Below, one piece after another: positions 1 to 12,345 of a stretch of DNA of 64,000 nt. The stretch covers positions 46,626,001 to 46,690,000 of the forward strand of contig NW_024704743.1 in assembly GCF_018977255.1 (NCBI RefSeq). The letters are read 5' to 3'. The notes under the pieces are model-generated. The model was not told the origin of the DNA and ran no database searches. It saw nothing but the letters and a program-made list of their open reading frames with translations. The first letter of the stretch is position 1; every line of letters starts with the position of its first letter. The position numbers and the translations under genes were made by a program. The stretch is from Callorhinchus milii (lineage: Eukaryota).

Positions 1-330
1 GGCATCAAATTCCACATTGAACTTGTAATTTGTATGTCGAACAAGGTTGAACATTCCAAAGAATGCAGGGCTCAGTTTAGATTCCAGCACTACATCGACT
101 AACTATTACATTCATAAACACTTTTCTCTCTGCAGCAAGTGGCAGAGCGGAACAAGGTAATTTGTGCTTCTTTGGTCATGATGAAGTCCTACGCAAAAGA
201 CCATCTTAATGCTATGTTGTAAACAACATGATGAGAGCTTTGCATAGATATTTCTTTGTGAAAACAGTAGGTTTATAAGCATTCACTGTAAAATCACCAG
301 TGAAAATGATGCCTCAATATCGGATTAAGC

Positions 331-1060
331 ACAAACAACAACAACTTGGATTTATATAGCGCCCTCCACGCCGGACAGCATCTCAGTGCGCTTTACGGTA
401 ACGGACCCTGGGACCAAGCCAGGGGGAGGGGGGGAATGTGATCAAAGGCACGGTCGAAAAGAAAGGTCTTCAGCAGAGACCTGAAAATGGGAAGGGAGGG
501 AGTGAGACGAAGGGAGTGAGGAAAGCAGTTCCAGAGCCTCGGGGCATAGTGGCTGAAGGCACGGCCGCCGAGGGTGGAGCGGAGGACTCGGGGGACGAGG
601 AGGAGGCCAGAGCTGGAGGAACGAAGGTAACGGGTACTATTTTGAGGAGAGAAGAGATCAGAGAGGTAGGGGGCTGCAGAGGAGTGCAGGGACTTGAATA
701 CAAGGGTGAGGATCTTGAAATCGATCCTCTCTGGGATAGGCAGCTAGTGCAGTCTGGCAAAGACTGGGGTGATCGGGGAGCGGAGTTTCGTGCGGGTGAG
801 AATGCAGGCGGCAGAGTTTTGAATGATTTGGATTTTATGGATGGTAGTGGATGGGAGACCGGCAAGGACGGCATTGGAGGAGTCCAGCCGAGAGGTGACA
901 AAGGCATGGACCAGGGTTTCAGCGGCTTTTGGGGAGAGGTATGGGCGGAGACGGGCGATGAGTCGGAGGTGGAAGAAAGCGGTGCTGGTGAGGGACTGGA
1001 TGTGGGGGAGGAAGGATAATTGGGGGTCGAACCTGACGCCTAGGTTGCGTGACATCTGTG
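331..1060 (-). mobile_element. L2-clade LINE, 5'-truncated (ORF2 C-terminus plus 3' tail)
   Basis: Minus-strand RNLGVRFDPQLSFLPHI...AAETLVHAFVTSRLDSSNAVLAGLP...IIQNSAA is a typical L2 ORF2 C-terminus; it ends in a (TTG)n tail. Confidence 0.92.
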
Positions 1061-2685
1061 GCGCTGGGAAGTGACACTGGGAAGGAATGAGAAAAAGCCA
1101 CCCATGACTGAATAGCCCACCTACCTTGAACTGCATCACGTGTCACTTATATATGTGCCAACAACACAATGAAAATCACAGTCTTTTTGGCTTCCCTCCC
1201 TCCCACAAGAAAACGCTATGTCAAATATCTTTTGGACAAGGAACAGTAACCTTTAAATATAGGCTGTGTAGGTTATCAAAGAGTGGTTCAGACTTGTGAC
1301 ATATGGTGTTTGAATGTAGCATGCGCAACATATCACAACAACTGCCAATTGAATTGCCAATGGTCTGATTTTTAACAGTTTACAATGCTTAGGCACTTAG
1401 CTAATATTTGACATTTCAAGGTCAAGGCCCCAGCTTGTTGTTCCCCAATGCAAACGTAAGTTGTTATTTGGCTCCATTTCCATACTCCACTAGGTTCCTT
1501 TCATGGATTGTGCTGCTTAATCCACGGCAAGTTCATGGATGCAGAGTTTTGTGCCAAGGCAGTTTTCCTGTCTATTTGCTTTATAGCTTTGGACGTGACC
1601 GCTTAGATCCTGTGAGGTCACTGGGAAGGAATGAGAAAAGGCCACAGATGACACTTGAACTATTTCCACTGTTGGCTGCACACCAGCAGCACTAACTGTT
1701 CTTTGACTAGCACATGAGCTCATTAAGAACATGATCGAAAACATCTGCTGTCTTGAGCAAAACAACAAACAATGCACATTTGAAGAGTCCATTTTTGATG
1801 AGATCCATATGTGCCACAGCTTAAGTTAAACTCCATACTCGTGTTAGTTCATCCCTCTATTACATCTCCTTAAGAAATGCAGAGTATTTGGTCATGGCTT
1901 TTTGTGGGACATTTCTGCACACAAATTGGCTGTGTTCACCCACAATTTATACAACCACTCCACTTTAAAGTATATTCTGTAAAGTGCTTTTAAATCTTCT
2001 CCTGACGTGAAAGGTGCAACATCATATTGATGATTTTGTTATTATTTTCTCTGGATTTTTTTGCGAGAAATGCTTATGAATTTAAATTGATGAAATTGGC
2101 TGCTGCGTTTAGCACAGTTTTTGTTTGGATTTTTATATATTATATAATGACACGTTACGCTGCCACGTGAGCTCACTCTATGCACCTCTCCCTCAAACTT
2201 CTGCCTGTCCCTGAACCCACCTCAACCAAACAGGCAGAAAATATTGGTGAACATAATTTTTAATGAAGTGACTAACTTCCCCTTTAAAATAAAGACTGTC
2301 TTATTTTGTTAGCCTCCCTGGGATTTAATTTTTTTTAAAGTCAAAAGCTGATCCACACAATATGTTCCTGGGGGTGCAATTATATGTGTAACATATAAAT
2401 CAAGCATCTGTTTTCCTTATTTAATTCAAGAAAGGAACTCAGGATGTCTTACATTTTGATGCATTGATTCAAATATGAATTTAGGCAGCTGGGATTCATC
2501 CATTTACAGTGTAGATTACAGAGGAAGCTGGACTTTGCCTGACCTCACCAAAAATAAGACAGTTTTTGTAAACGCCCCCGAAAAATTAAGAATGCAGATT
2601 CATCGTAAAATAAATTGTACAAATTGATGAAAGAAGAGAAACAGTATTGCTAAGTCAGTAAAAGTGGTAGTTGAGCTTTATTTCA

Positions 2686-2945
2686 AAACAACATCAACTT
2701 GCATTTTATAAGCACCTTTCATGTAGGATGATGTCTCAGAGCACTTCATAATGGAGTGTTCCACAACTTGTGCCATAATGACTGAAGGCTTGGTGGTGCA
2801 GAGAGGGCAGGGCACACACAGGAAGCCTGTGTTAGCTGAGCTAGGGATGTTCAGAGACAGGAGGCATTAGAGCCTGGCAAGGTTTGGGGTGATGGACTTG
2901 TGAAGTTTGGTGCAGATGAGGCTGAGTTTTGGATTAGCTTGACAA
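2686..2945 (-). mobile_element. Degenerate L2 3' fragment
   Basis: aacaacatcaacttgcattttataagcacctttcatg tail followed by diverged purine-rich L2-like body. Confidence 0.55.
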
Positions 2946-4390
2946 GATAAGATTGCACAGGTCCATGGAAAATGCACTACGTTTAGCATGGGTCAACATA
3001 TAGCACGGGTGCACTGTGGACTCCTGTGTACTGTGGATAAGTGCAGTACACTTCGCATCTGACATTGAGCAGTCAGCATCCCATGCCAAAACATGGCTGC
3101 CTTCTGGGGCATGAGCTCAGCATGACGCCATTTTCTGTGCATTGTACGAGTGAAGGAAATGTGACACTTCTTGTGCACGTGCAGCATACAAAAAGTGATG
3201 TCATTGCCAACCATCTGACCTGGAAGAAAGGGGAGAAAACCATTCGGTCATATTTGATTTTATCAAGGGTTTCTGGGCTTATGGACCCAGACCACCGCAT
3301 TATAATAGTGCCATTCTTCAAGAATATCATAAGGAAGCAGCATTCTCCCCTTTGTCTGTATTTTAAGTATTTGATTTCAAGCAATCCCAAGAAAGGTTCA
3401 GTTCAACTTCTCAATTTAAAATGAATAGTTTGGAAATTTGCAATTACTTCCAAAAAGGTACACTGTTAGAATTATGTTGTACGCCTGTTGTAAACGTTAA
3501 TCTAGAATGCGGAGTGGGGGGAATTGTGTTTTTTGAATTAATCATCATCAGTGATAATCATCACATGAAGAAAAAATGCTATCAAAAAGCAGTCAATACT
3601 TACTGATGGTCGCAGAGGATTGCTAAGACTCAGTTTTCTTCTGTAATAAAAATGAAGAAAATAACAATCTTTACATTTGATAGAGTGCATTCTACATCAA
3701 GAGGATGTCCTAAAGTGCTTCACAGAATAAACTGTAAAACGCTTACTCTGGCTGTGTATTTTGTGGGTGAAGGAGCATTTTATGGGGTGGCAAATAATCT
3801 CCCTTACACGCGTTCTCTATTGATCACAGACTGCAGTCAGAGTCGCACTGCAATGAACATATTAAGCAGCAGCTCCAGCATAGCTACATCCTTGGCACAA
3901 TGGAGAAAGAGTGAGCTGACACTTGTACAAACATTAAATTAGTGTGTGGGTTGTTATTTCCCCTGGCTAGACAGGAGCTATTTTTCTGAAAGCAAATCCA
4001 CTTTTGCAAAGGTTTTTTTTAACCTTTTATGGATGTTTTCCATACGACCTGCTGAGCTGGCTCTACATGTAGCGGCAGTAACTTTCAGGATGAAAACTGC
4101 AGGTATAGAATAGAATAGGAAAGTTGGGGGCTGGGAGGCTGGCACACACAGAAACTCTGTGGGGCCTTTCAAAATCTCTTTCGAGTTTGCTACTATCTGA
4201 ATAAATGTGCCAGTCCTGGGGGAAAAAAAGCCCAGGAGCAAAATTACGTGATTTTCAAGCGCCTATCCTGGCCTCCGCTACTCTTTTTACAATAGGGGCT
4301 CCGATCAGGAAAAGAACAGTTGACAGGAATAGAACAGTTAATGCAGCCTGGCACAATTGGTGAAAGACGTGAAAAACGCTATATCAATTG

Positions 4391-4825
4391 TAAGGATTAT
4401 TATTGGGTTTTTTCACTGGCCAGTGAAAGGAGAGAAAATAGTGCTCATCTCAGCAACATTCTCTGATGGTCAGCCTATGTGGTCGAGAACACTGAGGTGT
4501 TGATGTCCAGTTATGGTTAACTAGGGTTCCCAGATATACTGTAGTATCGCAGTTTTCCACACACAAATACAAGTTGAAATTACAAATAACACAAATTTAT
4601 TTATTTTATCTCCTACTAAGTTTTGATCCTGAATAATTCCGAGAAATATTCCCGATGCCTTACTGATCTGCTGGAGACAATTATATTTCACATTTGGATC
4701 AATGTATTTCGACCACTTAATGCATTTTGTTATACAGGATGTGCAGTGTTCTGTTGAACAGCTGGGAAAGGACAACCACTTAATATAACAGTGGAGTGAG
4801 GACTGGATATTATTTGAAAATAAGT
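4391..4825. repeat. Unclassified ~430 bp interspersed repeat, copy 1 (copy 2 at ~56580-57023)
   Basis: Colinear shared blocks such as gatggtcagcct, ggttaactag, gttgaacagctgggaaaggacaa and atattatttgaaaataagt. Confidence 0.85.
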
Positions 4826-5469
4826 TCTACCAAAAGACATTACATGAAATGCAAGGATTATTATTATTGTTATTATTAGTTCCATGTGGCCTACGCATAA
4901 TACAGATATATATATATATATGACATACAGAATCCAGTGCTATCTAAAGGTAACCGCTACGGTTCAAGTTTCGGAGCTGATGGTTCAGCATTGCCTATAG
5001 TGCAGTCAGTGTTGCAATACAACAACAGCAAGTGACAGTAAAAACAGACAAGTGATTTTGTGGTGAGGATAAAAAAAATGCTTGGGTTGAGTAGCAAATG
5101 TTATTAACTTGGCAACGACACAGAGAGGTTTATGTATTTTGCTGGTAAATTCATCTGGAGATGATTGGCATTTGTTCCAACTAAACCGTTGGATTAGCAT
5201 AATGGAGGGTGTAAATATCATTTGAAATGATGCCGAATGTAGTCATTAACTAACTGTTGAATGGAAATATGAAAGATGAGTCTCAGAATTGACCTGTAAT
5301 TTATTGTGATGTGATGTAAAATAGGAATGAACATCCAGACCTGTATCTGTCCTAAATTTGCATCTTATCATGGGCTGGAACACTGACCTTTAAAACAACC
5401 TGGACAATTTATGATCTATATAGAGCAATCCTTATATTTTATATATAGTATCTTAACACATTGGCCAAA

Positions 5470-5795
5470 CCTCACAAAGCACTTAACAGGATCTATTATA
5501 ATGACTGTCTACTTTGTAGGCAAACACTGTAGCCAATTTGTGCACAACAATGTCCCACAAATAGCCATGAAGTGAGTGATCAATTTATCTGGAGGATCGT
5601 TGCCCAGGACACTGAGAGAAACTGCCTTCAGTTTAAATTGGCCATTCACTTCAAGGCTGTTTGTGGAACATTGCTGCTGCCTCCAAATACTTAGTCTACA
5701 AATACTTTGTCATTGCATTTTACAATAAAGCCTGTGAAGCACTTTCAGGCAGTGTGATGAGGTGTTATATGAAATACAAGGATTATTATTATTAC
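5470..5795. mobile_element. Two adjacent, oppositely oriented fragments of the Deu-type SINE 3' half
   Basis: Minus-strand gccaatttgtgcacaacaatgtcccacaaatagcc, then plus-strand ggctgtttgtggaacattgctg...caaggattattattatt. Confidence 0.7.
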
Positions 5796-6092
5796 TTGTT
5801 ATTACTCTTTTTAAAAATGGCAGAGGATCTTTAGCATTGTAAGTACTTGATTCTGATTAAAAGGAAGTATTTTAAATACTCTGAAATCCCAAAAGATATA
5901 TATTTTAAAACATCCTTGCATTTGATAAAGTGCCTTTCATGTCAGGAGGACATCTCAACGCATTTCAACATTTTACTGCTTAAAAAAAAGCACAGAAAAA
6001 TATGTAGAAAAACTATCTGGAAGATAACTCTTCCTGCATAAATGCTGCTTAAATATATGTGGTTATTTTTTGGTTAGCCAACTATGTCACAT

Positions 6093-6232
6093 GCAGAAAC
6101 CCATCACCATAGTTAAGAGTATCCAAATCAGACTGAGAATTCCATGTAAGGCACCTAGACATGGAAATTCCCACGTGTGGGATGGAGTCCACACTCTCTC
6201 CCTGGAGGGGTGCATCCTGCTTATTTAATTGC
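6093..6232. repeat. Unclassified ~140 bp repeat, copy 1 (copy 2 at ~50242-50387)
   Basis: Shared gaaacccatcaccat..ttaagag.atccaaa..a.actgaga.ttccatg, acatggaaat, cactctctccctggag and atcctgcttat.taatt. Confidence 0.8.
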
Positions 6233-6399
6233 GTATTTGATGGTGAATCACTCTCATTCTAACAACTACTTACATAGCAATAGGACTTGGGGTTCATTTA
6301 AGAAACCGCTTGATGCTGCAGTGACTGTAGAGTGGGTATTCTGGAAGGATGAGATCAAATAGGAGTATTATGAGATTGCATCTTTGATACCAATTTCTA

Positions 6400-7350
6400 A
6401 AAATGATTGTGAATATTAAATGCAGCTCATCCATCACTACCAATATTGAGTATCCATAATTAGGGCCCGATGTAGGTTTTTCATCTTTTGCAAGTTTCTT
6501 AGGTTTGCAGCGCTGACAGAGAGGATGTTGAGAGAGCATGTCTGTCAGGAGGGGTGGAAAATTATATACAGCTGCTACTCCCATCTGAAGAACTGAATCC
6601 AGCACAAAGAACTAAAGGAGGTTTATAGTCAAATGAATCCCTTATCTTCAGTAGTAAGCATTACCAGATGCCATTGAATTATCAACAGAATTCGAAAGCC
6701 TATAATTTAGTGATTTATCAGTTACCTGATGTATGTCTTTGGACATACCTTCCTTTCTAATGGTTTCTACACAGCTGTGATGCAGTGGTTCCTCTGTGGA
6801 GTGGTCGTTCAGGCAGTGGAGCACCATTGCATATAGCACTGCAGGTGTTTATCGATGACATATAATGGAAAATCTGCTTAGCTTGCTGCATAATTGGTGC
6901 CTGAGGATTTCTCTGTTACATGGCTGCTCCCGATCACGGAGATCGCTTTGGAGTGAAGATAAAAATAGAATAGTGGTTTACCTCATTTGGTAATCTCTGA
7001 AGCAGCACTCAGAGAAGTCTGAATTCTGGTTCCAGTATAGAAAAAATCTCAGTTTTACCTCTATATGTGGGCAAGCAACAGGGTCTCTCTTTCTTCAAAT
7101 TGCCTCGAGGAGCAAACCAAGGTGCCAGGTTCCACAGCTAGTCTTGAGATGGATGGAGAAATGCAATGTTTCATAACACATTTTATGTGATACCACATCA
7201 AACCTGTTATGAAAGGTTAAATCTGTTTCTTCGACCAATTTCATGAGAATGATTATTTCTTTCAAATCCATGTTGATATGTTGAAAGATGTCAAATTTGA
7301 CATGTGACGTGTTCAATATTACAGGGAAAACATTGCTGATTATATACATA
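6400..7350 (-). mobile_element. Possible fossil DNA-transposon coding fragment (Academ-like, tentative)
   Basis: Three co-oriented minus-strand ORF pieces whose motif order recalls Academ-type transposases; based on recollection only. Confidence 0.3.
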
Positions 7351-7654
7351 GGTATCCTTTGTAACCATCACCTGCTCCAGACCTGTGTCTGTGCTTCCTT
7401 TACCTGGCCAATAGGAGGTTTGGAAGAATGTCTCTTTCTCTTTCGTTCTCTCTTTCTCCTCATGACAAACATTGGGTCTGTACTTACTCCCTAGTTGGAT
7501 TTTATTCTGCTTGATTCAAAATAGTTGGCTTTAGTTTCCATAATCTGAAATGACTCAGTGAGTTACAATGCACCATCCAAGTGATGTAATGGGATGATTC
7601 AATTGTTATTTCACAAAGTATCACAGTAGCAGTTTTATTGTTGTTAAGTGTTTC

Positions 7655-8275
7655 ACAAGATCAGTTGAAGAAGAAAGCCCTTTAGCCCACCTGATCTCAT
7701 CCTTCCAGAACACTCAACCTTACTGTCCTCTCATCACATCATCAAGCTGCTTTTTAAATGAGTTCATTATCCTCGCCTCAACAACCCTCCCTGGTAACCT
7801 GTTCCAATCATTAATTACCTTCTGGTTAAAAAAAGTACTTCCTGGTGTCTGTCCTGAAATTCCCTTTTGCAACTTTAAAACTATGTCCTCTTATTTTACT
7901 GGCTTAGTGCATCTTAAACTATTTTTCTGGGTTTACTTTTTTAATCCTATGTAAAATCCTCATTGCTCTCCTCTACAATCTCTCTGGGGCCTTATGTTGA
8001 AGCAACCAGAACTGAAAGTAGTATTCTAGGTGCAAATTGACCAGAGTACTCTACAGCTTGAGTACTGTGGGGAGCTGAACTCCACTGATTTGGCAATATA
8101 GCACTATAGCTTTATAGCAATATAGCATCCTGTTTATTGCTGCCTGATCTAGTTTTGACATGCTTTGACAATGAGCCCTAGCTCTCTTTCAGCTTCCCCT
8201 TTGGCAAGTTCTATCACATCCGTCGAATACATGTGTTTCCTATTCTTATTTCCTATATGCAGTACTTTGCATTTT
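7655..8275 (-). mobile_element. CR1-clade LINE 3' fragment
   Basis: Reverse complement shows the CR1 ORF2 end (ctagaatactactttcagttctggttgc, LEY.FQFW-like; ggtaattaatgattggaacaggttaccaggg, VINDWNRLP) plus a CR1-type 3' UTR. Confidence 0.75.
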
Positions 8276-8470
8276 TACCTCTGACTTGCAAAGGGCAGAT
8301 CACAGCAACACAGTCAAGAACTTACAGTGAAATATACAAGAACAATTGCATAACAAAAGGGAAAAAGGCTGATCAGTCTCATAGAGGGAATTGATGAGAG
8401 TGATGCCCTGTGATACATTTACTGCATATTTGAGGACATCCGCTAATATAATATATAATAATAAAAAAAA

Positions 8471-8870
8471 CTCCTTGCATTTTTATATTGCATGTTTCAT
8501 ATCCAGGGAACCTCTCAAAGTGCTTCACAGATTCACTGTAAAATGTAGTACCTATGCACTATTATAGGGGAACATGGCAACCAATTTGTACACAGCACTG
8601 TCTCCCAGGGCAGCCATGAAACAAATAATCATAAGATAAATAATTTTATCTGGGGAACTGTTGGCCAGAGGAGGAGAGACCACCCTTTCTTTTTGAATAG
8701 CACCATGAGATCTGTGACACCCACTTGAACAGGCAGATGGGATCTAAATTTAACATTTATCAGAAGAACAGCACTTCTGACATTGCAGCCCATCCCAGCA
8801 CTACTCTAAAATGTCAGACTGTGAGTTCAAACTCCCGACTTTGAGATAAGCATGCTGAGCCAAGCTGACA
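8471..8870 (-). mobile_element. Deu-domain-type tRNA-derived SINE, near full length
   Basis: Minus-strand head gtcagcttggctcagc, body ccatctgcctgttcaagtgg...tcccatggtgctattc-like, tail atgcaagga; resembles the shark SacSINE1/AmnSINE1 architecture. Confidence 0.75.
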
Positions 8871-10329
8871 CATTTCAATTCTCCAGTAACACAAACAGTT
8901 CAGAGATACTCAATTGAATGTATTTGCTGCTGATAGCATTCTGTGCAAGACAGTGTTTGTTTTGTGGAAAAAATGTGCACACATTATCTAGAACAGTAAA
9001 CATTGGCACATGCCAGTAAACTAAGCATCAATAATTTAGGACCACCAAGAAACAATGTTTAAAGAAATAAAGAAACAAACATAGTTCTGAGTTTTAAACT
9101 TTTAAATTTTGTTGTTAAACTTTCTGGGCCCCTTGTGTTTCCAACGTGTGTCGTAGACAGGAAAACCTCTGGTAGGTCAGGATCTAAAACCGGTGAGTTT
9201 AACCCATGGAAGCAGAGGTCTGGAACTAAGAGTGAACTTGGGGTGAACTATGTGTAAGTGGGTCAGTGTTTGCAGTGTGAACCCATTTTCAGTGTAACAT
9301 AGAACACCGTTTATGCAATATAATACAATTTACATGAACTCAACTGACTTGGCAATATGTGCAGCATGTTTCATGTTGGAAGGATGTTCAAAGTGTTTTA
9401 CACAAATGGCTGGGCACCCAAACAGGACTCTGGACTCATTTGAAAAACAGTTTGATGCTGTGATGGGTGTTCTGGAGGGTGGGTGTCCTGGAGATCAGAT
9501 GGGCCAAAGGACCTTCTTCATCCAAACATCTCTTGTGATACCAGGTGCACTCAGTAATATGTATTGCAGTGCACCAAATGTTGTCTGTTAGCACTGGTTA
9601 TATATAACTGCACAAATAGCAAAAATATCACCCCTGGTGTTTCTAGATGTTGACCTACTGGTTTAAGTCCTGAAACAATATTCCCTATACAAGCCCGGAT
9701 ATCATGCTTTTATGTGTACATTGCTGCAACCTTTAAAGCATCTAAGCCATAACAATCCTCTGATGACTAAGTCTGGCTTGAAACTGTACGCGTTGTGCAT
9801 TACTGTGCCTGTTAATGCCCTGTGCATGAAGAAATGTATGCAGATTATCAGAACTCACTGAAATTAGACACTCTAAAAGCCAAACATAACAACTTTGAAA
9901 TCCAAAACTGAGATGATTGCTTTTTTTGCAGTACTCAGGAGCCTTTGTAGTTAAAACCTTTGTAGTTGTGGATACTTTGCATCAGCTTGTCTTGTTTATC
10001 CAACGTTTAATTTGAGAAAAATGTGGGTTTAGTTTTAGCTGCTGTACATAATCTAACTTGTAGTGATGTTACCATGCTGCCATGACAGCCTCAAAAGGGT
10101 CTATTCTCACCTTGGCTTGAACTATGCAGCGGATAGTTTTTTTTTTAAAAAAACAGAAGTTAGTTGTTTGGCAATTCGGGACGCAGACGAGTTTTGGGGG
10201 GATAGGGGCTTGTCTGCGGGGACAACCCTCTTTCCCAAAATGGACTGTTTCTGTCTAATTTGGTTAATGGGGGTTGAGCAGGACTAACCTCGCTCACCAT
10301 TAAAAAAAAACGTTAGTTGTGAGGGGAAC

Positions 10330-10660
10330 CAGGTCAAAATGGAGAGGAGGGGTATATTACCCAGGGTGTCTCAGGGATCTGGTCCTGTTTCTTGCATATT
10401 TTAAAGACCTGTATTTGCAGACCCAGCACAAGGTAGTTGCATTTGCCGATGACACCCAAGTTTGGAGAAACTGTGAAATCAGAAGGGGCAGCAAAGGTCG
10501 TATAAAGAAAGTTTGATAGGTTAAGCACATGAGATGCTAACTGGTAAATGAAACTCAATCCAGTTAAATGCAAGACACTGAGTATAGGAATTAAAATTGG
10601 AGGCACAAGTGCTGCATGGATGTGGTAGAACTTTCCAAAAGGGAAGCTGAAACAAACCTA
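10330..10660 (+). mobile_element. CR1-like LINE reverse transcriptase core fragment
   Basis: VSQGSGP (degenerate GVPQGSVLGP) followed by KVVAFADDTQ, the catalytic [Y/F]ADD motif; frameshifted. Confidence 0.8.
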
Positions 10661-11509
10661 GGGGATCTAACTCTCAGTTTATTCACAAATAGTGCTGATA
10701 TTTTCTGCCATGTGATTGGCAAGAGCTTGACCTGAGGATCAGGAATCAGAGCCATTGGAAAAGAACAGCAATTGTGCATGCGATCATTCATTTTGATCAT
10801 GTCTTACATAAACTGCTCGAAAAATGTGACAAAAAAAAGTTTTTTTTAATAAGAAGCAAATTGAAATTCTGCAGTGCAGTTCACCTTTATCTTTATATTT
10901 GAAAATATAATCAAGTGTCTGAATGTTTGAAACAGATTCTGTTTCCAGGGCATTCAAGGGTGATGAAGTTTGGAAAGTTGGAGATGTGGCAATGAAGTGC
11001 AGGGATCTTGGGGATAGATTATAACGTTTGGGCTCGATACTGAAGACATTGCATTAAAATGGAATACGATAAAATAACCTACTTCTGTGACGTTGAGTTG
11101 TTGTCATTGTCACTTCCTGCACATTCTGTAAGCGAATTTGTCAAATGATGTCAGCGGCACTTCCTGAGCATAACAGTATACCAGGAAGTGACATCGACAG
11201 TGATCCGATGACCCAGAAATCAGCCATGTTTTAGTGCAGGAAGCTGGCAATCCGTACCAGAAGCAGGAACTGTGTCACAATTCCAGCAACTGGGGGTCCA
11301 CAGGAGACCAGGGTTAAAATTGTGCCAGCGCTCTAGCAAGGCACGTAATAAAGGGTGCTTTTCCTGATGTCCTATCTGTTTGTGGGGCATTGGCGTCGCT
11401 GTATTTCCCCTCAAAAACAGTCACTATACTTGAGAATTACCGTAAAGTGTTTAAAATATTTTGATAATGTCCTGTCCCACACTATAACCTATAATCCATG
11501 TCCTTTTCT

Positions 11510-11663
11510 GGAGTCCTGTAGCTCAGTGGTTAGAGCACTCGCTTTGCAAGCCGCATTTCACCCACAAATATACAGTCAATTCACTTTACAGTATATTCTG
11601 TGAAGCGCTTTGGGACGTCCTCCCGACGTGAAAAGCGCTATATCAAATGCAAGGATTATTATT
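11510..11663 (+). mobile_element. Young tRNA-headed SINE, internally deleted (A box and anticodon arm joined directly to the tail)
   Basis: ggagtcctgtagctcagtggttagagcactcgctttgcaag joined to ccgcatttcacccacaaatatacag...gcaaggattattatt. Confidence 0.88.
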
Positions 11664-12345
11664 CACTGGCTCTGCATCCCCCAGAAGATTGAGTTCAAAT
11701 TACATTTGTATAGTGTCTTTCATGTTGGGAGGACGTTCAAAGGCGCTAGACAGTCAGGGATTTGGACCCAAGCGGGGTTTGGGATCAGGAGGGTGGAGAG
11801 CACGGAGGGTAGGATGGTGGCCGAGGGCACGGTCGAAGAGGAGGGTCTTGTGATGTGACTTGAAGGAGGCAAGGGAGAGAGTAAGACGAAGGAACTGTGG
11901 AATGGTGTTGCAAAGGGTGGGGACAGAGAGGATGAAGATGCTCATCCTCAATTTTGTAGCCCTCCACAGTCTTGCTCCACCCTACCTATATGACCTGTAA
12001 AACCTTACAAACTGACCCATGCCTTCCGCTTAGCAGGCACTGATCTGCTTCACGTCACCTCCCCTGCCCTATCTGCCCAACCATCAACAGTCGGGCCTTC
12101 AGCCTTTCTGCTCCCACTCTCTGGAACTTCTTCGCGGAGTCCCTTCACCTCGTCCCTTCAAGGTCTGTCTCAGGACCTTCTTCTTTGACCATGCCTTTGG
12201 TCATCTTCCCACCCTCACTTGCCCCCCCCCACCACCCCTTCTGAATCCAACCCTCAGCTCAGTTGCAATCCCTTAACTGTCCAGTGCTTTGGGATGCCTT
12301 CCCAATGTGAATGGTGCTACATAAGTGTAATTTGTTGTTGTTGTT
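11663..12345 (+). mobile_element. L2 3' fragment interrupted by an antisense L2 insertion (~11700-11940)
   Basis: HWLCIPQKIEFK before the insertion resumes as LILNFVALHSLAPPYL after it; ends ttgttgttgttg. Confidence 0.85.
11700..11940 (-). mobile_element. L2 3' end nested in another L2
   Basis: Minus-strand LASFKSHHKTLLFDRALG plus a 3' UTR nearly identical to 13290-13345. Confidence 0.85.

Noticed and set aside
438..1146. Long ORFs of 193, 145, 83 and 75 aa
   Set aside because: Antisense or shadow frames of the GC-rich L2 fragment, not host genes. The same applies to the ORF clusters at 11.6-12.0, 13.3-14.1, 14.8-15.1 and 17.6-18.3 kb.
2993..3424. Overlapping Cys/His-rich ORFs with a minus-strand acceptor near 3220
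   Set aside because: No recognisable domain or donor; cannot be distinguished from chance.
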